Made by a program: the position numbers and the translations under genes
Assembly: GCF_006345805.1 (NCBI RefSeq)
Contig: NC_043005.1
Location: 14,198,001 to 14,262,000, forward strand
Length of the DNA: 64,000 nucleotides
Origin: Octopus sinensis
Lineage: Eukaryota
Direction: 5' to 3'
The notes under the pieces: generated by a model
What the model saw: the letters and a program-made list of their open reading frames with translations, nothing else
What the model was told of the DNA's origin: nothing
Database searches by the model: none
Shown: positions 50,335 through 63,064 of the stretch, piece after piece
Layout: each line of letters opens with the position of its first letter
Numbering within the stretch: the first letter of the stretch is position 1

Positions 50335-50992
50335 TTGTTATTATTATTTACTTTTAATCTGCATGCTTGTTACAATTAATCGCTGAGACACACCCAGCAT
50401 CCTAGGACAAGTGAAGGATAAGAGATATTATAGTATGACTAAAAGCTTGGGGAGAGCAAGTGACAGGAGCAGTTGCAAAATATCCTCATGTAATACAACA
50501 TACACATTTAAATTGATAGGGTTTTTCTAAGGATGTGGGCAGTACTTGTCAGCCCAATCTTTTGGATTTCTCTGAGACATGGTTCTCCTGGGATATCATC
50601 TTGATGTTTCTGACATCCCTTTCTTATCCTATAAAGGGCACACACAATAACAAGAACAGTTCTCGCTTTAAGATGCCACGTCTTTTGTACTTCAATTTCC
50701 AGGTCCTTATATCTACTTAATTTGTCAAATTCCTTTACAGATATATTTTTATCAGTGGGAGCACTTACATCTATTAATCTACAAGTATTTTCTTCTCTCT
50801 CTTTAATGACTATGTTTGGTCGATTAGCCTGGATCATTCTGTTGGTTGTTGACAGGAAAATCCCAGACAATTGTGACATTTTTACCTTCAACAACTGGCT
50901 CAGGATGATGTTCATACCAATAAGCAGGCGTGTTTACTTTGTAGTGTTTACATATTTTCCAATGTAAATACTGTCCTACCCTATCATGGCAT
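50335..50992 (-). mobile_element. 5'-truncated R4/Dong-like non-LTR retrotransposon (REL endonuclease end + 3' UTR)
   Basis: HDRVGQYLHWKIC, WYEHHPEPVVE, WDFPV, QANRPNIVIK..LIDVSAP.DKN...KLSRYKDLEIE and TAHILRKTLSI* motifs. (TAA)n tracts on both sides. Confidence 0.85.
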
Positions 50993-51012
50993 ATTATTAT
51001 TATTATTATTAC

Positions 51013-51045
<33 letters not shown>

Positions 51046-52246
51046 CATTATTAATGTAATTAATTTGATAAAAAGAGATAAGTAATTTTATGTTTCAGTC
51101 AACTTAAACATTGTCTCATATTAAGACAGGCCAAATGAGACTAATTCAATGTTCTAGAAAATATTATCAAGTGGATTTTCTAGAGTTAACACCTTGTTTG
51201 AATGTAACATGTGCACAAGTAGATCATGGTAAAGAAGTAGAAAGAAAAGAAGTTAAAATATGTTTTTAAACCAATGAAGTTGAAATTGACAAATGGTTTT
51301 CCATTCAATTTTATGTGTCTTGCGATTAAAGATAGTTGAAAATGGAGCTGTTTCTATTCTGTTTTGACGTTTCTGTAATATTTGTGGAAATGGTAGCATT
51401 GTAACAGTTGTTTATCTCCAGTTCAACTCTAATCAAGTAACCCAAGAATCAAAAGCATTCCAGCTGTGATCACCTAGTTTTTTTTAATGATATTTAATAC
51501 TAGGGTGGTTGATTGGCTGAACCATTAGAGCATCAGAAAAATACCTTGTGGTATTTATTCCAGCTCTTTATGTTCTGAGTTCAAATCCCATTGCAGTTAA
51601 CTTTGCCTTTCATCCTTTGAGGGTCCCAAAAAAAAATAAAGTACCATACAATTAGTATACATTGTCATATCGTAAGATATCCAATCTTAGCTGCTTGTCT
51701 ATAGGAAGAATAGTATATAGCAGGAAAAATAGTACATACCAGGAAGAATAGTATATAGTACATACCAGCCTGTATTCAAGCCAGTGTTTAGATCTAATAG
51801 TGAGGCACACTGAAATGAATTGAGTCACTTTGGTCTGAGAACATGCACTTGAACAGCCTCTCCAATATCTGCAAAACTATAAGCTAAAAAGACACCGATC
51901 ATTTTCATAGTACTACTACAACTACTTATAACCATCAGTACTAATTTTCAACAACAAGGTATTACAATGCCTTTGATTTAAGTTTTTTATCCAGTTAGTA
52001 CAATTCAGTGCTGAAAATAGGATATGAATGGTTCATCTCTAAGTTGGTAGTTTGGTATCCTAATAATTCACACATCAATGACCGAGTATACTTTTTGTTC
52101 TTTTACTTGTTCCAGCCAGTGACTTTCTGTGGCGTTAAACTTCGGAGAAACATATTACTGTAGAAAGGACACCAGTTTGTTATGAGTGCCTTGTCTCATT
52201 GCAAGCACACAAATTTTCTTGGTATTTTTAGTGAAGTAAACTATTC

Positions 52247-52806
52247 TATTGGGTTGTCCGGAAAGTTCGTGTTGATTTATAGTAGCTTACCTTTCAAGTT
52301 ATTTAAGAACATGGTTGAGTCCATAAAATAGGATTTGACTACACCTCCATTTAGAGCACAGTTTAAGCTATCTTTTTGGGGAAGAAGATTTATGTTCCTA
52401 TAACCTGTGTTAATTCTGTAACCCTTTAAAATGGAAGATAAGAAAGTTCATTTTCGGTACTTGATGCTTTGGGAACCAGACAAAAATTGCTGCAGCTTGG
52501 CTGGGATGTGTTACCCCACCCTCCATATTCACCAGATATTGCTCCTTCGGATTTCCACTTATTCAGGTCTCTGCAGAATAGTCTTAATGGTAAACATTTC
52601 AATTCCTTGGATGATGTAAAAAGATACCTTGATGAATTCTTTGCCATGAAACCACCTCAATTCTGGGAAGAGGGTATTTTCAAGTTAAAGGAAAGATAGA
52701 GATGCATTGTGCAAACAAAATGTTTTGATTAAAAATGTAATGGCAAGTATTTATTGACCTTTTTCTTTCCTTTAAAAATCAGCACAACTTTCCGGACAAC
52801 CCAATA
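52247..52806 (+). mobile_element. Internally deleted mariner element, second copy
   Basis: Same TIRs, TA flanks and internal deletion as 48159-48729. Confidence 0.95.
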
Positions 52807-52830
52807 TCAAGCAGTGCCTACTTCCAGCTA

Positions 52831-53142
52831 GTGAAGGAGTGTGGCTGATTGGTTAGGGGCATTCAGATCATGATTGTAAGGTTGTGTGCTTGATTTCCAG
52901 TGGTGCATTATGTCCTTGAGCAAGATGCTTTATTTCATGTTGCTTCCATCCATTCGGCTGGCAAAAAATGAATTGTACCTGTGATCCAAAGGGCTAGCCT
53001 TGTCACATTCCATGTCATGCTGAATCTCCTCAAGAACTATTTTAAAAGTATGTGCTCAGCCACTTGCATGATAATTTCACAAGCAGGCTGTTCTGTTGAT
53101 TAGATCAACAGGAACACTTGTCGTCATAACTGACGGAGTGCC
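52831..53142 (+). mobile_element. Older tRNA-derived SINE with the same 3' tail as family E
   Basis: GTCCTTGAGCAAGATGCTTTATTTCA motif. The tail GTCGTCATAACTGACGGAGTG matches the reverse complement of ~46703-46725. Confidence 0.75.
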
Positions 53143-54767
53143 AATTACTTCCAACTAGGTGAACTGGGGTTTTTGAGGATAAGCATTTTATCCACAGATA
53201 TAACACAGTGCCAGTGTTTGAATGTGAATCATTGTCCAGTTGTGTTGTACACTTTCAATTTGGTAGTTTGTACTTTCATACATGTATGTATGTGTGTGTG
53301 TCTCACTCTCTTACCCTACACTCACACACACACTCACACTCACACATATACATACATACATACATTATATATACATCCCTGTCATATTGTGGTAATTAAA
53401 TAAGGTGACAAATATTATAACATAAACTAGAATACAAATGGAGTGAGAGATTGACTTAATCTGTTACCATGTTTAATATCGTGGGAAACACATACGCCAT
53501 TGAAACCGGGGAAACCGGGCCCATGAGCCCGGCTAGGCTTTAAAAGGGCACATTTGTTTTTTTTTTTTTCATGTTTAATATCACCATCTAATTATTTGGT
53601 TACTATTAACAAGTCAGCTCTGTTACAAAAATTTAGACCATGTCTCAGACCTGAAGATAACTACTGAGTTATGGAGCTTTCTTTTGCCCCATTATTAGGT
53701 GCCCTGCAGAAAAGGGTCAGTAGGAACTTCTCTGACTAAGAAAAAGGTCATGCTTACCTCCTCTGGCTAATTCTTAAAAACAAAATTTATCAAACAAAAA
53801 AAGAAGATGCATATTTAATCGGGTGTTCACTGCGTTATCAAATAGTGCAGAAAATGTATTCATATAAAATTTGTTATTATTATTTATTATCAGTTGTCTA
53901 TAGACAAAACTATAACATCTTCAGGTCATAATTTTTTCTGAGAAAAATAGTGTCAACTGATTGCAAGTTCTTGTTGAATGGCTTTTATTCCAGAGATTTC
54001 CTTCTCTTTGGTGGATTGCCTTCACTATGATTGGTGAGCACCATCTACCCTTGACTATACAGGATGGCTGTTGATTCTCCTTAGTGTCTCTGGTCTTTGG
54101 CAGGTCTTGATTTTCAGCTCACAGGCTGTATAAAAATCAAATCTTCACCAAGTAAGCTTGGTGTAGTTACCAGTTTAGTTGCTGATAACCTGATCATGCA
54201 ACAGGTTGTATTGGGTTACATGTTTCCAGTGGTGCATGAGCAACCTAATATATAAAAAATTACATATTAAATCATATCTGGTCGAAGTGCTAAGTCAACA
54301 ATCCAGATATTTTAAAAGAATTCCACCAAAATCCAAATTGAAAAGGTTGATTTTTAAGCACAGGTACAAGGCAAAAAAAAAAAATATATATATATATACT
54401 TAATTTGTATTTTTTTCTACAATAATAATGATGATTTCTAACTATAGTACAATACCATACATTTTGGGGGAGGTTATACTAAATATTATTGACCTCTAGC
54501 ACTAAACTGATGCTTATTGTATTGACATTGAAAGGATAGAAAGAAAGTAAAATCTAGCGAACTCTGAAGTTAATGTCCCTATGACTTAGCTGCTTCAGCA
54601 AATGAGACCAATAGAATAGATACCAGATTTGGAAAAATAAGTACTTGGGGCAGTTTGCTTGACTACTAAACCCTTCAAGGTGGTGCTCCAGTATGGCTGC
54701 AGTCCAATAACTAAAGCAAGTGAATGATAAAAGATAAAAGAGGAATACTGAAATTATTTATTTTTAA

Positions 54768-55163
54768 CTAGCAGTATCGCCCGGCGTTGCTCGGGCTTGT
54801 AAGGGAAATAACTATATAAGCATTTTTAGAGATGTAAAGTATAATAGCCATCTCAATATGGCTAACCACAAAGGGGGGGTGTTACTGTAGCTTTTTACTT
54901 TCTGAGATTTAATAATAATTTTTTAGAGAGTTACTTCCCTTATATATGCCAAAAGTGCATTAAAAATGGGAAAAATTGATGGTAAATTTTTTTTTAAATC
55001 GTAGACTCATCATAGATGTGCGCTAATACCCAGAAGGGCTCGATATGAATCACGACTATGAGATACCCGGTTTTGGTTAAACTGCACCACAAAATGTGGG
55101 AGTAGTTAGGAATCTAAATTGTAGGAGACAGACAGCACACAACCTCTCTTTTATATATAAAGA
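54768..55163 (-). mobile_element. Non-autonomous Helitron
   Basis: Minus strand A|TCTTTATATATAAAAG...CCCGAGCAACGCCGGG...CTAG|T. Confidence 0.85.
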
Positions 55164-55293
55164 TAAGCTGGTCATGGATGAAATAACAGCAAAATACTAA
55201 TAAAACAAGTTTTTTAAAAATCTCATTGTAAATAAATTCCCGAAGTTTCAACATGGAATTGAAGCAGAGTTATGAATGTTAACCAACACTTCC

Positions 55294-55914
55294 TTAACTC
55301 TTTAACATTTAAACCAGCCATATCCAGTCCAAATAGCCTAGCTGCTTTATGTTCAAACTGGGCAGATCCAGCCTTTCACACCAACCTTACAATATCATTC
55401 TTAAAATAGACAATCACATCATTGAATCTCAAAGCTACAAGATACAAGACAATCCATGATTAATTCGAGTGGATGTGTGGTAAGTAGCTTGCTTACGAAC
55501 CACATGGTTCCGAGTTCAGTCCCACTGCATGGCACCTTGGGCAAGTATCTTCTACTATAGCCTTGGGCGAACCAAAGCCTTGTGAGTGGATTTGGTAGAC
55601 GGAAACTGAAAGAAGCCCATCATATATATGTATACATGTATATGCATGTGTGTGTGTATGTTTGTGTGTCTGTGTTTGTCCCCACAACATCACTTAACAA
55701 CCGATGCTGGTGTGTTTACGTCCCCGTAACTTAGTGGTTTGGCAAAAGAGACCGATAGAATAAGTACTAGGCTTACAAAGAATAAGTCCTGGGGTCGATT
55801 TGCTCGACGAAAGGCGGTGCTCCAGCATGGCCACAGTCAAATGACTGAAACAAGTAAAAGAGTCAAAGAGTAAATATTACATTTGACAGAGGATTCTGAA
55901 TCCTAAAGGGTTAA
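55294..55914. mobile_element. piggyBac-like MITE family 1 carrying a SINE family B insertion (~55474-55868, + strand)
   Basis: TTAA-CTCTTTAACATT ... ATCCTAAAGGG-TTAA ends, with a family B body between the two MITE halves. Confidence 0.75.
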
Positions 55915-56111
55915 CCTTTATCACTTCTGCTGGAACACTTCACTTGCTTCCTCATGAAAAAGACATCAAAACAATGGTAACAATGATACCGCTTAAAACA
56001 GAAGTTATTAGATTTTATCACAAAACAAAGAATTCATTTGATCTCCGACACTCCCAGCCACTTCATTGGTGACTAATTATATTCACTCTCACTCACTCTC
56101 TCTCTCACTCT

Positions 56112-56146
<35 letters not shown>

Positions 56147-56875
56147 CAGATCCACACACACACAACATCATCATCATCCTTTAACATCCGTTTTCCATGC
56201 TGAAAATATAACCATCATCATTTAGCATCCGTTTTCCATGTTAGCATGAATTTGATTGGATTTGACTGGAACTGGTAAGCCGGAGAGCTGTACCAGGCTC
56301 CAGCCTGATTTTGGCTTGGTTTCTACAGCATGGCTGCCCTTCCTAACACCAACCACTCCGAAAGTGTAGTGGGTGCCTTTTACGTGTCACATACACAGGC
56401 CACAACTATGGTTTCACTTGGCTTGGCATGTCTTCTCAAACACAGCAAATTGTCAAAGGTCTCAATCATTTACCATTGCCACTGTGAGACTCAACATCCA
56501 AAAAACATGGTTCACCACCTCATCCCATGTATTCCTGAGGCTACGTTTTCCATAGGTTCCTTAACATAACATAACGTAACGTTACGTAACATAACATAAC
56601 AATTATTTTCACACTGGTGGCTGCCATGATTTGGTGCAAAGCGAATCAGTTGCAACACAGACTTAAACATGACAGGTTTGGGCTCTCTATCATGGTAACA
56701 TGTGCTGAGTTAGGTGAGGCTATTATGCCAGTCCAGAAACCAGTCCACGTGAGTCCAAATACTTGAATGTATGCTGATAGATTGTTTTAGCTCATTTGCC
56801 TTTGGGCAGTTGATTTCTGTAGTTATTATCAGTGAATTTTGGTGATTTAAATAAATTTTGACTATTATTTCCAGT

Positions 56876-56910
<35 letters not shown>

Positions 56911-56911
56911 A

Positions 56912-57308
56912 CTAGCAGTATCGCCCGGCGTTGCTCGGGTTTGTAAGGGAAATAACTATATAAGCATTTTTAGAGATGTAAAGTATAATAGCCATCTCAA
57001 TATGGTTAACCACAAAGGGGGGGGGGTTACTGTAGCGTTTTACGTTCTGAGATTTAATAATAAACTTTTAGAGAGTTACTTCCCTTATATATGCCAAAAA
57101 ATGCATTAAAAATGGGAAAAATTGATGGTAAATTTTTTTTTAATCGTAGACTCATCGTAGACGCGCGCTAATACCCAGAAGGGCTCGATATGAATCACGA
57201 CTATAAGATACCCGGTTTTGGTTTAACTGCACCGCAAAATGTGGGAGTAGTTAGGAATCTAAATCGTAGGAGACAGACAGCACACAACCTTACTTTTATA
57301 TATAAAAA
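56912..57308 (-). mobile_element. Non-autonomous Helitron, close relative of 54768-55163
   Basis: Collinear with the 54768 copy, same hairpin-CTAG end, adjacent to a (TA)n tract. Confidence 0.85.
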
Positions 57309-57384
57309 TAACAATTTAATAAATAAAACATATGCATACACACATACATATATGTACATACCTACATCTATATGTATATATACA

Positions 57385-57549
57385 TGCATATATGAATACA
57401 GGACACCACAAATAAACGTAGAACACGACGAGAAACAAAAACATAAATTCAAGCAAGGAAACAGACTTTTTTTAACATCGAAAAAACAGAGTACAAGACA
57501 AACAATACAAGGAAAATTCCCCTTCATCAGCTGCCCCTGTTTCGACTCG
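57385..57549 (-). mobile_element. Possible Penelope-like terminal fragment
   Basis: T-rich minus-strand tail preceded by GAAAC...CTGATGAAGGGGAATTTTCC. No complete hammerhead fold can be drawn. Confidence 0.35.
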
Positions 57550-58348
57550 TAAGTTTTTATTTATATATACACACACACATATAACTATATATATAAATAC
57601 GTACATTCATACATACACAAAAACACATATTTATATTTGTATACATACCATATACACACATATGTACACACACCATATACACATATGTATGTATGTGTAT
57701 ATATATGTGTGTATATGTAGACATACATACATACATGTATATATAGAATTTAATGTTTATAATTGAAAATCTTCACCATTTTACTTTATTACATACAAAT
57801 TATCCTTGGCCACAAACATACAAATTATTTTCAACATGTCAAAATATTACTTCTGATCTTCAGGCAAGTGGAAGCTGTACTGACTCCATAGTTCTTTCTT
57901 GCCTGCTACGAAGATCAGATTGTCTGTTCCCTGACATATAAATTAATTCAAGAGCAATATTCTCAATTTCTGGAAATTATCCCCCTTCTTCCTTGAGAGT
58001 CACTAAACTGTTTCTAGATGCTTTTTACTATCTCCTACTTATATATACAATGTATACACATGAGTGTGTGTATGTTGTGTGTGTGAGAAAGAGAGAGAGA
58101 GAGAAAATGAGAAAGAAATAACCTTTCTACATTATAATTAAGTAAGTTTATGGTTGTTTTTGAGATTCTTTTTTAGGCTTTTGTTTTTGCATTTGTAACA
58201 AGGATTATGTTGGTGGAAAAACCTGGAAACACTTTTAGGCTCTGAGATTAAATCTTGGTAAATTGTTGCAGGTATTAATTACTTTCCTTGATAACTTGCA
58301 CATAGCTTCACTGAGAAGGATGAGAGAAACCATATGTAGTAATATTAT

Positions 58349-58423
<75 letters not shown>

Positions 58424-58425
<2 letters not shown>

Positions 58426-58946
58426 AAGACGTGGTATAAGCACAAACTGCAGAGACTGGCAAAATCCTCTGGGATTTTCCAATCCAAACAGATCAGGTCC
58501 TAGAGCATAACAGACAGAACCTAGTGGTGGTGGTCAACATGTACGATATATGCTATATATTTGATGTTGCATACCCCTTTGACCCACGAATAGTCAAGAA
58601 GGAAGGCGAAAAGATAGATAGATACAACCCTGTTAAGTACAAAATAGCCTGGCTATGGAAAATGAAGAAGGTGAAAATAGTGCCAATTACTGCTGGGTCC
58701 TTGGGAACAGCACCAGAAGGCATCAAGGAGAATATAAAGGAAATTGGAATAGAGTGGTCAGTAGAACTGTTACAAAAGGTTTGCCCCCTTGGCACAGTCA
58801 GAATAATCAGGAAAGTATTGGATAGCTGAAAGGAATGGATAGCATGGTATTGTAGGCTGCAAGCAGCAAGCTCGCTATGCATGTAAGACTCCAGGAGCCC
58901 CAACAAAACCTGTGATAAAGAGAAATAACAACAACAACAACAACAA
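58424..58946 (+). mobile_element. 5'-truncated R4/Dong-like non-LTR retrotransposon, second subfamily
   Basis: ILWDFPIQTDQVLEHNR, IFDVAYPFDPRI..KE.EK..RY and CPLGTVRIIRKVLDS* motifs. Begins directly after (GAT)n(AAT)n and ends in (AAC)n. Confidence 0.85.
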
Positions 58947-59019
58947 TATTCAGCTATCCAGTATTGAGGTCTCATTCTTTTGTTGTCACTTTTTATTATT
59001 ATTATCATTATTATTATTG

Positions 59020-59082
<63 letters not shown>

Positions 59083-59192
59083 GGCCTACTCACTTAGCCA
59101 GCGGGGTGGCATCATTTAAAGGCTAAAACAATGCGAAGCACATTGTGACCAGCAATGTGTAGCAACATCTGATAGCCTGGTCGGTCACGGTG

Positions 59193-59257
<65 letters not shown>

Positions 59258-59994
59258 GTATATATTTGTTATACATTTTAAATAACACTCAAAACTATGG
59301 TTGTATGATATTCCTATCTTGTTATATGCACGTACATACACAAACACCCATTCATATAAAAACCACATACACCCAAGAATCTACATGGCCATAATTAAGA
59401 TATATGATCTAATCCCAATCACAACATATCCTGCTGAAATTAATCAATGCCATCAACTTCCTTCCTTATATTGAAACAAATAAGAACCCAATTTCCTAGA
59501 CATATGATTCCAAATCTTCCATCAGTGAATTATCAACCAATTTCATCTACAAATATAGAAACTGCTGCAATTTTGTAAAAACTAACAGGATTTCTTATTT
59601 GCACACTATTTGCCAATTTTTGAAGAAATGCAACATATATATAGGTACAGACATGGCTGTTGGTTAAGAAGCTTGCTCTATAACCATATGGTTTTGGGTT
59701 CAGCCCCACTGCATGGCAGATTGGGCGAGTGACTTCTAATAAAGTTCTGGGTCAACCAATGCCTTGTGAACAAATTTGGTGGACAGGAAATGTGGATAAG
59801 CTTGTGTACATGTTGCGTGTATAATATAAATATATATATATAAATACACACACACACACTATATACATACATACATATACACACACACATATCTTCATCA
59901 CATATGCAAGCATGCATGAATGTATGTATGTATTTATGTACTTATGTAAGTATGCATTTATTATGTATGTGTGTATGTATGCATATATGTGTAT

Positions 59995-60381
59995 AGGCGC
60001 AGGAGTGGCTGTGTGGTAAGTAGCTTGTTTACCAACCACATGGTTCCGGGTTCAGTCCCGCTGCGTGGCACCATGGGCAAGTGTATTCTACTATAGCCTC
60101 GGGCAGACCAAAGCCTTGTGAGTGGATTTGGTAGACAGAAACTGAAAGAAGCCCGTCGTATATATGTATATATATGCGTGTGTGTGTCTGTGTTTGTCCC
60201 CCTAGCATTGCTTGACAACCGATGCTGGTGTGTTTATGTCCCCGTTACTTAGCAGTTTGGCAAAAGAGACCGATAGAATAAGTACTGGGCTTACAAAAGA
60301 ATAAGTCCCGAGGTCGAGTTGCTCGATTAAAGGCGGTGCTCCAGCATGGCCGCAGTCAAATGACTGAAACAAGTAAAAGAG
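59995..60381 (+). mobile_element. SINE family B, full length
   Basis: TAGGCGCAGGAGTGGCTGTGTGGTAAG...GGGTTCAGTCCC...GCACCATGGGCAAG...AATGACTGAAACAAGTAAAAGAGT. Confidence 0.9.
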
Positions 60382-60742
60382 TATATGTATGTATGCATGT
60401 ATATGTGCATTTGTATTTGAGTTTGTTCCCCACCACCACCAGCATTTGTTACTTAGTGGTTTGGCAAAAGGGATCAATACAGTAAGTACCAGATTTAAAA
60501 ATAAGTTCATAGATTGATTTGTTCGACTAAACCCTGCAAGGCGGAGCAACCCCTCCCACCCCCACCCCACCCCTGCATAGCCAGTGTCCAATGACTGAAA
60601 CAAGTTAAGAATAAAAGATAATTGTAAGAACGAAGTGTGGTCGAGTGGTTATTATATTGGACTAACTTACTAACTTACAGTTCATAAGTTCAATTCCCCT
60701 GAAGGTATTTCGTTGTGTTATAAGGCAAATTATTCAGTTTCT

Positions 60743-62255
60743 TATTTCTTTACTGTCCATAAGGGGCTACACACAGAGGGGACAAACAAGGATAGACAAA
60801 CGGATTAAGTCGATTATATCAACCCCAGTGTGTAACTGGTACTTATTTGATTGACCCCGAAAGGATGAAAGGCAAAGTTGACCTTGGCGGAATTTGAACT
60901 CAGAACGTAGCGGCAGACGAAATACCTATTTCTTTACTACCCACAAGGGGCTACACACAGAGGGGACAAACAAGGCCAGACAAATGGATTAAGTCGATTA
61001 TATCAACCCCAGTGTGTAACTGGTACTTATTTAATTGACCCCGAAAGGATGAAAGGCAAAGTTGACCTCGGCGGAATTTGAACTCAGAATGTAGCGGCAG
61101 ACGAAATACCTATTTCTTACTACCCACAAGGGGCTAAACGCAGAGGGGACAAACAAGGACAGACAACGGATTAAGTCAATTATATCAACCCCAGTGCGTA
61201 ACTGGTACTTATTTAATTGACCCCGAAAGGATGAAAGGCAAAGTTGACCTCGGCGGAATTGAACTCAGAATGTAGCGGCAGACGAAATACCTATTTCTTT
61301 ACTACCCACAAGGGGCTAAACGCAGAGGGGACAAACAAAGACAGACAAACGGATTAAGTCAATTATATCAACCCCAGTGCGTAACTGGTACTTATTTAAT
61401 TGACCCCGAAAGGATGAAAGGCAAAGTTGACCTCGGCGGAATTTGAACTCAGAACGTAGCGGCAGACGAAATACCTATTTCTTTACTACTCACAAGGGGC
61501 TAAACGCAGAGGGGACAAACAAGGACAGACAAACGGATTAAGTTGATTATATCACCCCAGTGTGTAACTGGTACTTATTTAATTGACCCCGAAAGGATGA
61601 AAGGCAAAGTTGACCTCGGCGGAATTTGAACTCAGAATGTAGCGGCAGATGAAATACCTATTTCTTTACTACCCACAAGGGGCTAAACGCAGAGGGGACA
61701 AACAAGGACAGACAAACGGATTAAGTCAATTATATCAACCCCAGTGCGTAACTGGTACTTATTTAATTGACCCCGAAAGGATGAAAGGCAAAGTTGACCT
61801 CGGCGGAATTTGAACTCAGAATGTAGCGGCAGACGAAATACCTATTTCTTTACTACCCACAAGGGGCTAAACGCAGAGGGGACAAACAAAGACAGACAAA
61901 CGGATTAAGTCAATTATATCAACCCCAGTGCGTAACTGGTACTTATTTAATTGACCCCGAAAGGATGAAAGGCAAAGTTGACCTCGGCGGAATTTGAACT
62001 CAGAACGTAGCGGCAGACGAAATACCTATTTCTTTACTACTCACAAGGGGCTAAACGCAGAGGGGACAAACAAGGACAGACAAACGGATTAAGTTGATTA
62101 TATCAACCCCAGAGCGTAACTGGAACTTATTTAATCAACCCTGAAAGGATGAAAGGCAAGGTCGACCTCGGTGGAATTTGAACTCAGAACGTAGCGGCAG
62201 ATGAAATACCGCTAAGCATTTCGCCCAGCGTGCTAATGTTTCTGCCAACTTGCCA
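60743..62255 (-). repeat. Head-to-tail array of 8 SINE family A units (181-184 bp); only the terminal unit keeps the 5' head
   Basis: Unit ends at 60926, 61110, 61291, 61475, 61658, 61842, 62026 and 62210, with invariant junction GAAATAC-CTATTTC. Head sequence at 62211-62255. Confidence 0.95.
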
Positions 62256-62646
62256 CCTTATTATTCAATTTCTACACAGGTACAGACTGTGTTGTTAAGA
62301 AGTTCACTTCCTATCACATAGTTTTCGGTTCAGTCTCAACGTGTGATACCTTGGACTAGTGTCGGTAAAAAGTTTCCCAATAGATTGATTTGCTAAGGAT
62401 TTGATCTTAAGGTGCAGTTTTAATAGTTTTGTTGGGTAAAGTTTGAGTCTGGAGTGAAGAAAATAATGAGGTGTATTTGGAGAATTGTTGTCAATCAAGG
62501 ACACAAAGAGACCAAGAAACTAGGTGATGCAGACTGTACAACATGAGAATCTCTGCTGCTTGTTGGAGACCAGCAGAATATGTAGGAGATCCAGGCTTCA
62601 GCAGGTATTGAAGTCACAAGAATATTTCAGAGAGAAAGAGAAGTGA

Positions 62647-63064
62647 GATCTTTTCGGTTTGAACAGCAGTTTTTTCTAGTGGTGTCATATGAAATTGTCA
62701 CCCATAATTATGACCCTAGTATCGATCTATTGCATTTCAATCTGTTTTAGGGTTAGGGTTAGGGGTGGGGGAAGGGTATCTTTTTTTCTTCACAAATGTA
62801 AATAAGCCCAATCTGTTTCTTAAATGAGGGACATATTCATACGGCACAGAATGTTTTTTACCTCAATAGGCGTATTTGATTGGTTGAAATTGCAGAAATT
62901 GAAGAAAAAAAAAAACAACCAATATCTTACAAACTATAGAATTTTCTCAATAAAGCCAAGAGAAAAAGATGTTTTATAAACACATTCTACCAGTATACGA
63001 AGTTTAAAATTGTTTAGTTACCTAGAAATTATGTTAAAAACTGCAGTTCAAACCGAAAAGATCC
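62647..63064. mobile_element. MITE with ~29-bp TIRs and an 8-9-bp TSD (Merlin/MULE/hAT-type), containing (TTAGGG)3
   Basis: GATCTTTTCGGTTTGAACAGCAGTTTTT ... AAAAACTGCAGTTCAAACCGAAAAGATCC, flanked by GAGAAGTG(A) at 62638-62646 and 63065-63073. Confidence 0.85.

Noticed and set aside
50260-56600. Small local duplications (~37 bp at 50260-50330, ~20-bp triplet at 51701-51780, AACAT repeats at 56566-56600)
   Set aside because: Ordinary slippage products with no further structure.
60743-62255. CRISPR-like or retrozyme interpretation of the regular array
   Set aside because: Units are whole near-identical SINE bodies with no unique spacers and no cas genes. I found no CTGANGA/GAAA hammerhead core in the unit on either strand.
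62747-62772. TTAGGG repeats as a telomere or fusion scar
   Set aside because: Only three units, enclosed within a TIR/TSD-bounded MITE.
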